Origin: a virus
Lineage: Duplodnaviria > Heunggongvirae > Uroviricota > Caudoviricetes
DNA: 64,000 nucleotides
Strand: one strand, 5' to 3'
Virus record (IMG/VR): IMGVR_UViG_3300008085_000025
Coordinates: 46,839 to 110,838 of that record
Shown here: piece after piece, positions 37,764-47,501 of the stretch
Numbering within the stretch: the first letter of the stretch is position 1
How the letters are laid out: every line of letters starts with the position of its first letter
Position numbers and translations under genes: made by a program
Notes under the pieces: model-generated
Databases searched by the model: none
Told to the model about the DNA's origin: nothing
What the model saw: only the letters and a program-made list of their open reading frames with translations

Positions 37764-38237
37764 CTAACGAAAAAGCACAGCTTTTTGTGTACCGGGGGAA
37801 ATTTGATAAACACTAATTTCTATGCCCACCGATTCTTCTACTTCTTCCACTACCATAGCTACATCAACCCAATCCAATCCGCCCAGACCGGCTCCAATTT
37901 TCGGCATCTTCAGTTCCATGTCTTCAATTTTAGCCCACTCTGCGGCAGTTGTCAAGGACTTACGTATGGCCCCAAGGTCAGCGTATGGCCCACCAGTGTG
38001 ACCATAAAATTCCTGAGTAAAACAATTTCCAATAACCAGATAATTACTAATGACGACTGGTTGAAAAGTTCCAAGCAAGTGCTTTCCTTTTCCCAACTTG
38101 TAGTATTCTTGAAACACTATAGGCCATTTTGCTCTTATTGCTTTTGCTATCCCAGAATTCATTTTTTGTTGACAGTTGACTCCATGCAATAGAAGTCCAC
38201 TGGTATTTTTCAATAAATCACCTTTAATCAATTTCAT
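37764..38237 (-). CDS. Macrodomain protein (ADP-ribose binding/hydrolase)
   Basis: GDLL...GLLLHGVNCQ..MNSGIAKAI and IGAGLGGLDW match macro-domain motifs. Confidence 0.75.
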   Translation of the reverse strand: MKLIKGDLLKNTSGLLLHGVNCQQKMNSGIAKAIRAKWPIVFQEYYKLGKGKHLLGTFQPVVISNYLVIGNCFTQEFYGHTGGPYADLGAIRKSLTTAAEWAKIEDMELKMPKIGAGLGGLDWVDVAMVVEEVEESVGIEISVYQISPGTQKAVLFR

Positions 38238-38659
38238 TTTCTAAACATGTCCATATTACCGCCGCATTTCCGGGGGATATGCGAATTCCAAGTCATGAAC
38301 AAGCAATTCCCAAAATCCCTCATTTCAACAGAGTAACCAATGATCAAAGTTTCATCAATAACATCCATACAGATGGTTCCTAGAGGTGGAACGGGGTACA
38401 GTACAGTTGGTAGAATGGTGTTTCCGGGAGTTAGATCGGCACAATAGGCGCTGATATATTCAGAGTAATAAAGTTCCCCATTGTACCAAACATCTTCTCC
38501 GACAGTAAATCCGGTTGTATACCATATAATTTCACCGCTGGTGTTGGTAATATTGATTGATACTGCGTGTTGCGAATTCTCCCAATAACCATTTAATTCA
38601 ACTAAATTTTCTGCGGAAGATGCGATTACATTTCCGGCTAAGATAATTTCTTTGATCAT
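38234..38659 (-). CDS. hypothetical protein
   Basis: 141-aa ORF, start overlaps next gene stop. Confidence 0.45.
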   Translation of the reverse strand: MIKEIILAGNVIASSAENLVELNGYWENSQHAVSINITNTSGEIIWYTTGFTVGEDVWYNGELYYSEYISAYCADLTPGNTILPTVLYPVPPLGTICMDVIDETLIIGYSVEMRDFGNCLFMTWNSHIPRKCGGNMDMFRK

Positions 38660-39207
38660 TTTTTGTCCCCAATCTTGTTATAGTATTCGTCGAATTTTTT
38701 TCTGAGAATTATAAATCCGATTGTTACTAGTAACAATACTAGTATTGTTCCCAATGTTATCCATGGAAAGTGTAGAATTGCCCCTATCAAGCCCATCGTT
38801 GATGCCCAAAAAGACATTAACGCAACAAAAGGCATGGGTCTTGGAAAAAAATATCCCGGAGGTAGAACCGGTTCTCTATAATATTCTAACAAATGATCTG
38901 GAACAAAATTTTTCGCAAAGAATTTTCTGATTGTGCTACGGGATCTAGTTAGATAATCCGAGATAAGCTCTATTATATTATCAATTGCGGCCAAAGAAAA
39001 AGATACTATTGCGCCCGAAAAGACTAAGATAATAGGTGTAGTAGGAAAACTTTGCCCTATGGTGGGACCAAACAACCACGGGATAATAGCAAAAATGTGT
39101 ATCATCGGTACCATAAAAAGTTGCATTAGATAATAATCTAAATCTGCTTCTGCTAGTCCAAATTGGGCAGTTAAAAATTTGAAAAATTTCATTCTAAATT
39201 TCCTCAT
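38656..39207 (-). CDS. multi-pass membrane protein
   Basis: Several hydrophobic helices. Confidence 0.5.
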   Translation of the reverse strand: MRKFRMKFFKFLTAQFGLAEADLDYYLMQLFMVPMIHIFAIIPWLFGPTIGQSFPTTPIILVFSGAIVSFSLAAIDNIIELISDYLTRSRSTIRKFFAKNFVPDHLLEYYREPVLPPGYFFPRPMPFVALMSFWASTMGLIGAILHFPWITLGTILVLLLVTIGFIILRKKFDEYYNKIGDKK

Positions 39208-39295
39208 TCTGAGAGAATATGATAGCAGAAACTTCTTGTACTGTCAAATGAAAAACCCCCGCAGGGCGAGGGTTTTATATTTTTAGATGTTTATT

Positions 39296-39463
39296 TCATC
39301 TGCTGTGGAGGTGTTCCACCACCACCCGGTGGTCTAGGTGGGTTTCCCCCTCCTCCGTTGTTGTCATCGTCGTCTCTTTTTCGCCATTTCAAAACAGCCC
39401 AAACTAGAACGGCGAGTCCAGCTAGTATAAGCATCACTTGTACTGTTTGGTCTTCCATTATAA
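39296..39463 (-). CDS. small single-pass membrane peptide (55 aa)
   Basis: MEDQTVQVMLILAGLAVLVWAVLKWRKRDDDD...GGG tail; below the ORF-track cutoff. Confidence 0.3.
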
Positions 39464-39482
39464 ATCTCCTTATTGTGTTGGA

Positions 39483-39773
39483 TTATTGGGAGCGCCCATC
39501 GCCCCCAAGGTATTTAATAAGATCGTCACAGCCACCAATATATTCTATACTACCAGCATTAGTGGTGGTGTGGAAGAATATTTGTGGTACAGTTTTAACG
39601 GTAGCATCAACCCCCAAGCGGTCTACAATTGCTTGAATGTCTTCTTTGGTAGCATCTTGTCCAACGATTCGTTCTTCAACCTCAATTCCATGTCGCTCCA
39701 GAACTTTTTTTGCTTTGACACAGTAGGGGCAAGATGGTTTAGTGTAAATTTCTGCTACAATGTTTTGGTTCAT
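39483..39773 (-). CDS. Glutaredoxin
   Basis: CPYC active site in thioredoxin-fold context. Confidence 0.8.
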   Translation of the reverse strand: MNQNIVAEIYTKPSCPYCVKAKKVLERHGIEVEERIVGQDATKEDIQAIVDRLGVDATVKTVPQIFFHTTTNAGSIEYIGGCDDLIKYLGGDGRSQ

Positions 39774-39822
39774 AGTTTTTCCTCATGTAAGATTTTAATT
39801 ATAAAAGCTTGGGCGTTATGGG

Positions 39823-40101
39823 TCAAGACCCTTCTGGTCTTCCGCCTTTGTCTTTTTTCTTACCTCTGAGTTTTTCTACTTCCGAGCGCTTGAGTATATG
39901 GTCTCTACGACCGGCCTCCGGTTTGTATGACTTCAACTTGCCTTCTCCGACTAGTTGACGGATTCTGGACATTTCCACGCCCAACAGCTTGGCGGCTTGC
40001 GCACTGGTTATAAAACCACCCAATTTACCCGGTGCAGATGCTTTGCGGACCGTTTCTGCTTCATTGGAGTGTATTTCTTCAAATATCTTTTCTAGTTTCA
40101 T
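39823..40101 (-). CDS. HTH DNA-binding protein (MerR/excisionase-like)
   Basis: ITSAQAAKLLGVEMSRIRQLV helix-turn-helix. Confidence 0.5.
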   Translation of the reverse strand: MKLEKIFEEIHSNEAETVRKASAPGKLGGFITSAQAAKLLGVEMSRIRQLVGEGKLKSYKPEAGRRDHILKRSEVEKLRGKKKDKGGRPEGS

Positions 40102-40390
40102 GGTTTTCCCCTTCGAAATTACAAGTATAATTTTCCCATTCGGCTTCAGTAAACCAGATAGTTTCACCAGAGTCTAGGACGATTCGAATGTAAACAGGGC
40201 ATGCTCCGTCTCTCATGATGATAGCAGAGCATTGTTGTGGTTGAATTTTTTTTATGTTATTAGCATCGAAAATGTATGTACGTTCTCTATCGTACAAGTG
40301 TTTACAAGTCCATTGATTATCTAGTATATCATTTGTTGTGGGGGGTGTACACCCGGCCACTAAAAACAGAAGAACAAATAGGAATATTTT
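40079..40390 (-). CDS. putative lipoprotein
   Basis: MKIFLFVLLFLVAGC lipobox. Confidence 0.5.
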   Translation of the reverse strand, partial: KIFLFVLLFLVAGCTPPTTNDILDNQWTCKHLYDRERTYIFDANNIKKIQPQQCSAIIMRDGACPVYIRIVLDSGETIWFTEAEWENYTCNFEGENHETRKDI

Positions 40391-40609
40391 CATGGTTATT
40401 TTTTGAATGCTATTACTATTTATCTTCAACAGCTTTCTTCTCTACGAATTCGTAGCGATTTGACAGGTATTCGTAGATGGCCTCCATTCCTATCTTGAGT
40501 CCCATCTCAAATTCCACTGTGTCTGTAAATTTATCGAGAAGCATTGGATTGGCTTTTTTCTCTTCTGCGATCTTTTCTTTGATACACTCTATTACGACTG
40601 AATCACTCA

Positions 40610-41221
40610 TCAAGCTTTCACCGAATATTTTTCTATTAGAGATATCGCCAATTTGAAACCTTCCTGTCCTTCCTGTGGACTCGTGTAAAAAAGCTCTAAT
40701 ACACCGTCTGAAGTGCTGCTAATTCCGAATATCTTAAATGGTGTCACTCCATTGGAATCTCTGGAATAATCTATAATGATGCCTATGTTTTGGTTTTCTG
40801 ATTCAATCAAAAAACCAATACTTTTTGTGTTTATGTTCTCGGAAACTATTAAACAAAGATTAAGCTTATCCCGATTGTCCATTACTTTTAGAATGTCTAT
40901 AAGCTGGGGGAAATCAAAATCTCCCAGATATAGACTAGATTTAGTTTGGTCATTCCAAGAAAAATATTGAACTAGGGGACCCAGATCAAACGCTTTTTCA
41001 AACGTGCATATATATTTTAGCGGTGGCGTCGTGTCGGTTTTCAAACATTTCAAATGAATTTCCCTCTTGGTAAAAATATCTTCAAGAGAAAGAGTGCGTT
41101 TGTTTCCTTTAACGGTAGAAAATTTCATCCCACCACTTTCACGTTTCATGTTCCTAGACAGGGAAATAATTTCGGAGACGTTGTTTGTTAAAATAATATG
41201 AGAAGTGGGTTTTTTCATCAT
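40610..41221 (-). CDS. hypothetical protein
   Basis: 203-aa ORF. Confidence 0.45.
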   Translation of the reverse strand: MMKKPTSHIILTNNVSEIISLSRNMKRESGGMKFSTVKGNKRTLSLEDIFTKREIHLKCLKTDTTPPLKYICTFEKAFDLGPLVQYFSWNDQTKSSLYLGDFDFPQLIDILKVMDNRDKLNLCLIVSENINTKSIGFLIESENQNIGIIIDYSRDSNGVTPFKIFGISSTSDGVLELFYTSPQEGQEGFKLAISLIEKYSVKA

Positions 41222-41619
41222 ACATCTCCAAAATGGGTTTTAATCAGATCGTCAACTTGTCCATCGTCAAACATTTCTATGATGTTCAACAGAATTGCTC
41301 TTTGAATACTGTCCATTTGGATTTTTTCGTCCACCAATGGTATCAGCTGACGAACAAGAAACTCTTTTTTATGATCTTCGAAAAATCTTCGATTGACTTC
41401 AGCAAGGTCTTCTTTGTTTCGGATACTACCATATTCTACAGTACCTTCCTTATCAGTAACGGCTTTGAACCGATAGGTATTGACATCTATCCATACTTGG
41501 ACATATGTCGATATCGTGTCAGAGTCTATTATCTGCTTAGAGAAGGTTTCTCTAGATAGGGGGTTTATTGAAAACCCAGCATCAATGAAATTTTGTTCTT
41601 CTATGTGTTTTACAAACAT
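41218..41619 (-). CDS. hypothetical protein
   Basis: 133-aa ORF. Confidence 0.45.
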   Translation of the reverse strand: MFVKHIEEQNFIDAGFSINPLSRETFSKQIIDSDTISTYVQVWIDVNTYRFKAVTDKEGTVEYGSIRNKEDLAEVNRRFFEDHKKEFLVRQLIPLVDEKIQMDSIQRAILLNIIEMFDDGQVDDLIKTHFGDV

Positions 41620-42143
41620 ACCTGCTCCTTTGTTATTGTTATTGCTTCTGGTTCTACTCTAATACCTTTAATCATGTCAAAGTAAACGACACCAACACCG
41701 GCTTCCCCAAACATTGTAACCGAATGAAACGCCGATTCACACCAATCCGAACTTCTCCTAGATAGAAAATCATGTAGCCCTTTTACATTAACCACCACGG
41801 TAGATATTCCAGTTTGGATGATACCTCTAGCACAGTCAGAACATGGTGGGTGTGTCGTGAATAGCCAACAGTCTTGAACAGAACTTCTACTCAAATCAAG
41901 AGCATTTCTTTCCGCATGAGCATAATAATGGTATTTCGTGGGGGCATAGTTTCTATTCAAAGAGCCATTCGAATCAGATTCATTGACGCCCATAGGAATT
42001 CCATTGTATCCCCATGAAACGGGTTTACCTTCCGGAGTCACTATCAAGGCCCCCACCTTCGTGGATTGGTCTTTTGACCATCCCGAAATTTCTTCAGCTA
42101 ATTTAAGATGACGGTACAACCATTTGTTGTCTTCTAGGTTCAT
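41610..42143 (-). CDS. cd: dCMP deaminase
   Basis: HAERNAL and PCSDCA zinc-binding motifs. Confidence 0.85.
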   Translation of the reverse strand: MNLEDNKWLYRHLKLAEEISGWSKDQSTKVGALIVTPEGKPVSWGYNGIPMGVNESDSNGSLNRNYAPTKYHYYAHAERNALDLSRSSVQDCWLFTTHPPCSDCARGIIQTGISTVVVNVKGLHDFLSRRSSDWCESAFHSVTMFGEAGVGVVYFDMIKGIRVEPEAITITKEQVCL

Positions 42144-42460
42144 TGTATCTTCCTAAAGAACTCTTGGATATTTTCCATCATGACACGTTTTTCAGATTTT
42201 GTCAATCGATTAGACCAATCCGCCAAGATCTTGTCGCCTTCATAGGAAAATTTTCCTATGAAGTGACCATTTGAACGAACAGAGAATGATTTTTCTTCAG
42301 TATGGAAGGTAAAAGATCTATTTTCTTTGTTGCCATCCACGTAGCTAAACATTATCATTCTTGGGGTTGTATTGACCTGCACCCCCGGTATTGGGTTTCT
42401 GTTGTTGGAACAATGTTGTAAAAAAGACGATATCGGATCGTCAACGTAAAATATATTCAT
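42140..42460 (-). CDS. hypothetical protein
   Basis: 106-aa ORF. Confidence 0.4.
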   Translation of the reverse strand: MNIFYVDDPISSFLQHCSNNRNPIPGVQVNTTPRMIMFSYVDGNKENRSFTFHTEEKSFSVRSNGHFIGKFSYEGDKILADWSNRLTKSEKRVMMENIQEFFRKIQ

Positions 42461-42477
42461 AGTTTGATTCTCTTTCG

Positions 42478-43017
42478 TTATTCTATGTTTATGTCAAACT
42501 CTTCACGAAGTCTCATGAAATGTTTGGCTTGTACAAGTGCGTCGTCTAAGGCGTTGTGATACACGGTTCGTTCCGGTTGATACTTGCACCGTGGGTCATA
42601 GATTCGCCCAATGGTTCTAAAACATCTTTTCTTTCGATAATGAAATAGTGGGATTGTATTATCTTCAGCAAACTGATTGTAAAAGTCTATGATTGCTGCC
42701 AAGTCCAAGTCCAAGTCGTGTGAGAGGATGATGTCGGCCTTGTCGAGTCTCCTAAGCTGTTCTATTGCATAATCTATACTAACGCGTGACTCTTGACTAA
42801 AAACGTCTCTCTTGGCCTCTGAGCTTTGTGTCATCCAGAAATTCAGTGTAGATACACTTAAACGCCTTCCCGCATCAATCTGCGGTTGGAGTTCCGGTAG
42901 TATATACAATTGTTTGGTTATTTCTTCATTGTCAAAAAACACAATACCTATACTGAGGATGCATGTCCTCGCGCTCGTATCTGTTGTTTCTATATCAATC
43001 ATTGCATATGTTGTCAT
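42478..43017 (-). CDS. DEDDh 3'-5' exonuclease (DnaQ-like; DexA/oligoribonuclease-like)
   Basis: AMIDIETTD Exo I motif and YHNALDDA Exo III motif. Confidence 0.75.
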   Translation of the reverse strand: MTTYAMIDIETTDTSARTCILSIGIVFFDNEEITKQLYILPELQPQIDAGRRLSVSTLNFWMTQSSEAKRDVFSQESRVSIDYAIEQLRRLDKADIILSHDLDLDLAAIIDFYNQFAEDNTIPLFHYRKKRCFRTIGRIYDPRCKYQPERTVYHNALDDALVQAKHFMRLREEFDINIE

Positions 43018-43020
43018 TTT

Positions 43021-43428
43021 TTATCCTCTTAGTGATTTTTTCAGTTTTTCTAATACGTCAGGTCTTTCTTCTTCTGAGAAATAAGATTTGTCCTTCTGGA
43101 TTGCATTTTCTATGCTACTAAAGAGACATAAAATTTCCGAAGCTATTTCCATTTCATTCATCGCATAATGACAATTTTTGCTAAAACACTCTTCATTAGA
43201 ATCGAATTCAAATTCGTGTTCTTCCATAAAAAGTCTTCCATGTGTAGAATTGAGAAAACAATACACGCAATCAGAAATAAAATCTACGTCCATTGTAAAT
43301 TTAATATGGACTTTGGTGTAAAGCGATAGACAATCTGTATGAACTGTACAGTTACTAACACCTGAACAAAGTCTTTTTATGTCATCAAAAAAACGATTGT
43401 CGTTATTATGGGGCAGCATGATTACCAA
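43021..43428 (-). CDS. DCL-motif family small protein (member 1)
   Basis: CTVHTDCLSLY. Confidence 0.45.
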   Translation of the reverse strand: MVIMLPHNNDNRFFDDIKRLCSGVSNCTVHTDCLSLYTKVHIKFTMDVDFISDCVYCFLNSTHGRLFMEEHEFEFDSNEECFSKNCHYAMNEMEIASEILCLFSSIENAIQKDKSYFSEEERPDVLEKLKKSLRG

Positions 43429-43946
43429 TATCCTTCAATTTTTTTACCAACCTGAATTATTTGAATAAAAGTTCTTTCAACAAGATCTTGCCATTCTGTC
43501 ACATTGAGATCAGTTTTAGTTTTATGCATAAGCTTGACTGTTATGGAATCTTTTAAGTCTATATTGTCAGTCTCTCGAAACGCGAACAAAAATTCATGGA
43601 AAAGAGGTTTTTTATGTGAGAAATGTGTTGGTGTTATTAATAACACATTAACCCATGTATCCCCGTATTCATCTACATAATCCCCCACACCCAATTCAGT
43701 AATACACAAATCTGACCTTGAAATATTTTTGCAAACCTGTTGTTCCATATTGTTGGAAAAAATAGCATCTAAACAATCAACCACATGCCCGAATTCATAA
43801 AAAATTATAAACCGAATCTGGTCCTTTCCAATAACATTACTTATTCCAACAAACTCGATTTCGTTCCCAAGTTCTTCGTTTTTAGGCTCGTCTCGGGTGC
43901 GAAAATTCATCATAGATTTTATTCTGTTTATAATATTCATTACCAA
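43422..43946 (-). CDS. DCL-motif family small protein (member 2)
   Basis: HVVDCLDAIFS; C-terminal GYW. Confidence 0.45.
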   Translation of the reverse strand: MVMNIINRIKSMMNFRTRDEPKNEELGNEIEFVGISNVIGKDQIRFIIFYEFGHVVDCLDAIFSNNMEQQVCKNISRSDLCITELGVGDYVDEYGDTWVNVLLITPTHFSHKKPLFHEFLFAFRETDNIDLKDSITVKLMHKTKTDLNVTEWQDLVERTFIQIIQVGKKIEGYW

Positions 43947-44410
43947 TAATCCGGGTTGATTTTTTCACACCAATCTAAAACGTTTTCTAAAACACAAATA
44001 TCATGTTCATTCATACGTAATCCTTCAGAAAATTTAAAATCCGTGTTTCTATCCGGATCGTTCACTGTCTGTTGGGCAGTTTCTAGTTCTTGGTCTACCG
44101 TAAAACTCATGTATCCACTAGCCATAGATATTACAAAGTGTATAATGTTTTCATCAATTATTGTTATCCTATAAACGTAATCGGTCGAAATGTCAAGATG
44201 TTCTTCTCTAAGTTGGTACACGGGATTTCTGGTAGACTCAATTAAATAATAGAGTTCATCAAATTTATTAGAAGTTCTAAGACAATCCCAAATGTCTTGG
44301 AATAGTTCGCACAACTCTATATTCAATTTTTTATTTTCTTCTTCTGTCATTTCCAATATTCCGGGAAATCTTTCTTCAATGCCCGTTCTATCACATTTAA
44401 CTCTGACCAA
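43940..44410 (-). CDS. DCL-motif family small protein (member 3)
   Basis: DIWDCLRTS...LIESTRNP; C-terminal DYW. Confidence 0.45.
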   Translation of the reverse strand: MVRVKCDRTGIEERFPGILEMTEEENKKLNIELCELFQDIWDCLRTSNKFDELYYLIESTRNPVYQLREEHLDISTDYVYRITIIDENIIHFVISMASGYMSFTVDQELETAQQTVNDPDRNTDFKFSEGLRMNEHDICVLENVLDWCEKINPDYW

Positions 44411-44832
44411 AAATAGGTAGCCATGGATGACGAAATGACCGGAACAGATGAATAATAGTCACCCGCAGACACGATTACGGCTTCACCTTCAATTGCACCT
44501 TCTTTTAAAACATAATATTGATTTTGGGATTTACGATTGGTTTCCAAATTTTCGTGTTGATGTTTAATTATGATCATATCATCTTCTACAATACTATATT
44601 CACATAATTTTTCTACGTCGTATACCGAGTCGTTGGTTCTTGTTTTAAGTATACGCCCATCAACAACAATCAATTCTCCGAACACACCCCCTAAAATGGT
44701 CCTCGAAAAGTCGCTATATTGATAATATTCAATATGATGAGAAGACAAACAATCCATAATATCTTCAAACCTTGTTAGAAGTTTGTGTGTGTCCATTTCG
44801 TATTGGTGTTCTTTGAATTTATCTTTTTTCAT
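44347..44832 (-). CDS. DCL-motif family small protein (member 4)
   Basis: DIMDCLSSH; C-terminal EYWK. Confidence 0.45.
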   Translation of the reverse strand: MKKDKFKEHQYEMDTHKLLTRFEDIMDCLSSHHIEYYQYSDFSRTILGGVFGELIVVDGRILKTRTNDSVYDVEKLCEYSIVEDDMIIIKHQHENLETNRKSQNQYYVLKEGAIEGEAVIVSAGDYYSSVPVISSSMATYFWSELNVIERALKKDFPEYWK

Positions 44833-45302
44833 AGCAAGTCCTCGTCTCTGAACCTAGACAATTCAGAAAATGATTCTTTGAGAAACTCTAAAAAGTTTTC
44901 AATTTCACCAGCAGAAAATGTTATAATTCTAACACTGTTTTCTTCCTTGGAGGTTGAACCAAAATGTGTTGTCAATATTAAACGGTAAACATCATTCTGG
45001 GCCGAATATCCACAAAAATATTTAAATTTTCGGTCGGTGGTGAGGTACATGATACTCGACTCAATCGAGGCACCGGTAGCCGTCTTGTTAATGTTGTTGT
45101 TGGTTTGATGGTTATATATTTCATCTTCCAGATAAGCTACAAGTTCAAGTTGTTCATCCAAGGCAGAAGGAAGAAGCAGCGTTCCCTTCAATCCTTCTTG
45201 CTGAATAAAAAAACTGTTGCAAGATTTTACCACCGATATCTCACGGCCACCAATTTCTTTTGTGTTGGAAATCATTCCATAAGCTCTTAGTCCCATAACC
45301 AA
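44829..45302 (-). CDS. hypothetical protein
   Basis: 157-aa ORF. Confidence 0.45.
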   Translation of the reverse strand: MVMGLRAYGMISNTKEIGGREISVVKSCNSFFIQQEGLKGTLLLPSALDEQLELVAYLEDEIYNHQTNNNINKTATGASIESSIMYLTTDRKFKYFCGYSAQNDVYRLILTTHFGSTSKEENSVRIITFSAGEIENFLEFLKESFSELSRFRDEDLL

Positions 45303-45326
45303 ATACTCCGTTCGGGACCAGTGATT

Positions 45327-45734
45327 TCATTTTTCATAATCATCATAATCATAGCTCCACAATAAAATTTGTGCCTCTTCGATGCATTTTTGTTCTTCTG
45401 GAGTGACAATACCAGATTTGTCTGATGCTATACGCAACAAGGTATCTATGTGACCTAAAAGTTCAATCAATTCCTTTTCATATGGATCAGCAAATTGTGA
45501 CCTAAAATCCTCTTGTGTAATACTAGGGACGTTATCGTTGAGAATAACTTCCCTCTCCACAACATTACACAGGGCAATCGCATCCGACATCCATCCAACT
45601 ATAATGGCATCTTCACCACACTCTTCTTTTGTTTGAATCACTTCCGGGTCTGCTTCAATGTTCCTTCGAAGTGATCTAATCAGACGAAGAAGATAATCTT
45701 TTCTAACTCCAGAAATATCACGGCTGTTTTTCAT
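45327..45734 (-). CDS. hypothetical acidic protein
   Basis: 135-aa ORF. Confidence 0.45.
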   Translation of the reverse strand: MKNSRDISGVRKDYLLRLIRSLRRNIEADPEVIQTKEECGEDAIIVGWMSDAIALCNVVEREVILNDNVPSITQEDFRSQFADPYEKELIELLGHIDTLLRIASDKSGIVTPEEQKCIEEAQILLWSYDYDDYEK

Positions 45735-46183
45735 CTTTTTGACTCCTTGAGATGTTTTAAAATGCTTTTAGAGTATTCATACATTGTCTTCAACATAATC
45801 CAAAAAATTATATTGAACGCGATCATACACAATGATTCTACGGTCCACCCAGCAGAAAAAAGCCACCAAGAGGTCGATAATACCAGAAAACCGTATGAGA
45901 CTGAACCCCAAAAATCATTAGCCAAATCTGTGTTTATTTCAATAGATGCACCACCATCAAAATTAGCTTTGAAACTGTTATCGTCTAACAATTCCAAATT
46001 ATATTTTGAGATGCTTTTATACATGATCCACAAACCAATAGAACCAAAAACAGAATTGAATAACAAATAAATCGTAGATATTGTTACGATTATATGAATA
46101 AATGTGTTGTCTACCACCATGTATGTTGCCAGTAGCAGAACACATGCCGATATACCCATAATGTGACTCGAAATATTTTTCAT
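45731..46183 (-). CDS. multi-pass membrane protein
   Basis: Four hydrophobic helices. Confidence 0.45.
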   Translation of the reverse strand: MKNISSHIMGISACVLLLATYMVVDNTFIHIIVTISTIYLLFNSVFGSIGLWIMYKSISKYNLELLDDNSFKANFDGGASIEINTDLANDFWGSVSYGFLVLSTSWWLFSAGWTVESLCMIAFNIIFWIMLKTMYEYSKSILKHLKESKR

Positions 46184-46204
46184 AATTTTTCCGTATTTTC
46201 CTTT

Positions 46205-46720
46205 TTACCAATAACCCTTTACGTTATCCCGCAACTCTCTTTGAATATCGTCTAGACAATTTTCCAAATTATCCCCAACACGAGTGATGTATTTTTGTGT
46301 TAATTGTTGTCTCGGTTCTTTGGCGTCCCCGGTCACAACAAATAAACCATTCTCGTCCCACTCAAACTTCCACAGCAGTATCGTGATTCTTGAATTAAGT
46401 ACTGTGTATATTTCTAAAACATTTTTTCCCAAATAAACGTCTGTTTTTATATCTTCCCCACCAACATTTATTTGACTAATCGAATAAGGGTTGCTTTCAA
46501 TTAGAACAGCATACTTCAGGCAATCGTAAATGTCAAGTATTTTCTCTTTTATAACTTCTATTTCTCGGACAATACACAATTTTGTTAAACCATCCGGATT
46601 AACGCTAGGATCGAACAGACGTAAAATTTTATCACACTCGGAGCATTGATAGTACATCCCCCATACCTTTGAAGGTTCAAGAATTTCCCAGTTACAATGG
46701 GTTTCATGTTTCATCACCAA
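46205..46720 (-). CDS. DCL-motif family small protein (member 5)
   Basis: DIYDCLKYAVLIESNPYS (cf. member 3); C-terminal GYW. Confidence 0.45.
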   Translation of the reverse strand: MVMKHETHCNWEILEPSKVWGMYYQCSECDKILRLFDPSVNPDGLTKLCIVREIEVIKEKILDIYDCLKYAVLIESNPYSISQINVGGEDIKTDVYLGKNVLEIYTVLNSRITILLWKFEWDENGLFVVTGDAKEPRQQLTQKYITRVGDNLENCLDDIQRELRDNVKGYW

Positions 46721-46869
46721 TACCCCGGATACCTTTTCTTTAACTCCAATACCAATAAACTCAGTTGATTTTTTATATCATTCAAAAAAACAAATTCTCA
46801 ATTATTTCAGTATTACCATGAATGGCACCATTGGGCCTAATTATAGAAAAAGAAAATGACCCAGTCGTG

Positions 46870-47202
46870 TCATCTAAAATAAATTTGTAAATCCCCCCCT
46901 ATACGCTGACCGCTCAAAGTGTAAGTAAGAGGAGATATAGAATATTTCTCAAAAACAACAACAGAATCGCTTAGCAAAAATGAAAACCTAGTACTACGTA
47001 AAAAGTTCCCGAGACTATCAAACGTCCCGTGACTGTGTACACAATCTATACAATCTTCTAAATCAGAAATAATACGTTCCCGTTCCCGTTCTCGTATACA
47101 GACAACCTGTTCCATCTCTTTCATAAAATTACCAATATCAATCATACTACGAAATACATCTTCACAAAATCTTGTCGGCTCACATAATTCGTCAGTGAAC
47201 AC
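46870..47202 (-). CDS. DCL-motif family small protein (member 6, CIDCV variant)
   Basis: EDCIDCVHSHG. Confidence 0.4.
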   Translation of the reverse strand: MFTDELCEPTRFCEDVFRSMIDIGNFMKEMEQVVCIRERERERIISDLEDCIDCVHSHGTFDSLGNFLRSTRFSFLLSDSVVVFEKYSISPLTYTLSGQRIGGDLQIYFR

Positions 47203-47501
47203 CGATCAACCTTACGCAACATCCCGTCTTCATGTTCCCTACAAATCACACGAAACGTCTTATCAACTTCCGACGCCATATCTTCAAAGTCCATTCGAAG
47301 AATTAACCATTCATCCTTCTCACTGTATTCCATACTTCGTAATGAATGCTGAATACAAAACATACATTCAGTCCCACGCGATATAATAGCATCCAAACAA
47401 TCCATGAAATGATCAAACGAAATCGATATAATAAATGGATTATTCAAATCATCATCCGATGAAGTCCTTCGAATCAATGGAAGTAAAACCTTATTAGTCA
47501 A
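47142..47501 (-). CDS. DCL-motif family small protein (member 7)
   Basis: HFMDCLDAIIS, near-identical motif to member 2. Confidence 0.4.
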   Translation of the reverse strand: MTNKVLLPLIRRTSSDDDLNNPFIISISFDHFMDCLDAIISRGTECMFCIQHSLRSMEYSEKDEWLILRMDFEDMASEVDKTFRVICREHEDGMLRKVDRCSLTNYVSRQDFVKMYFVV

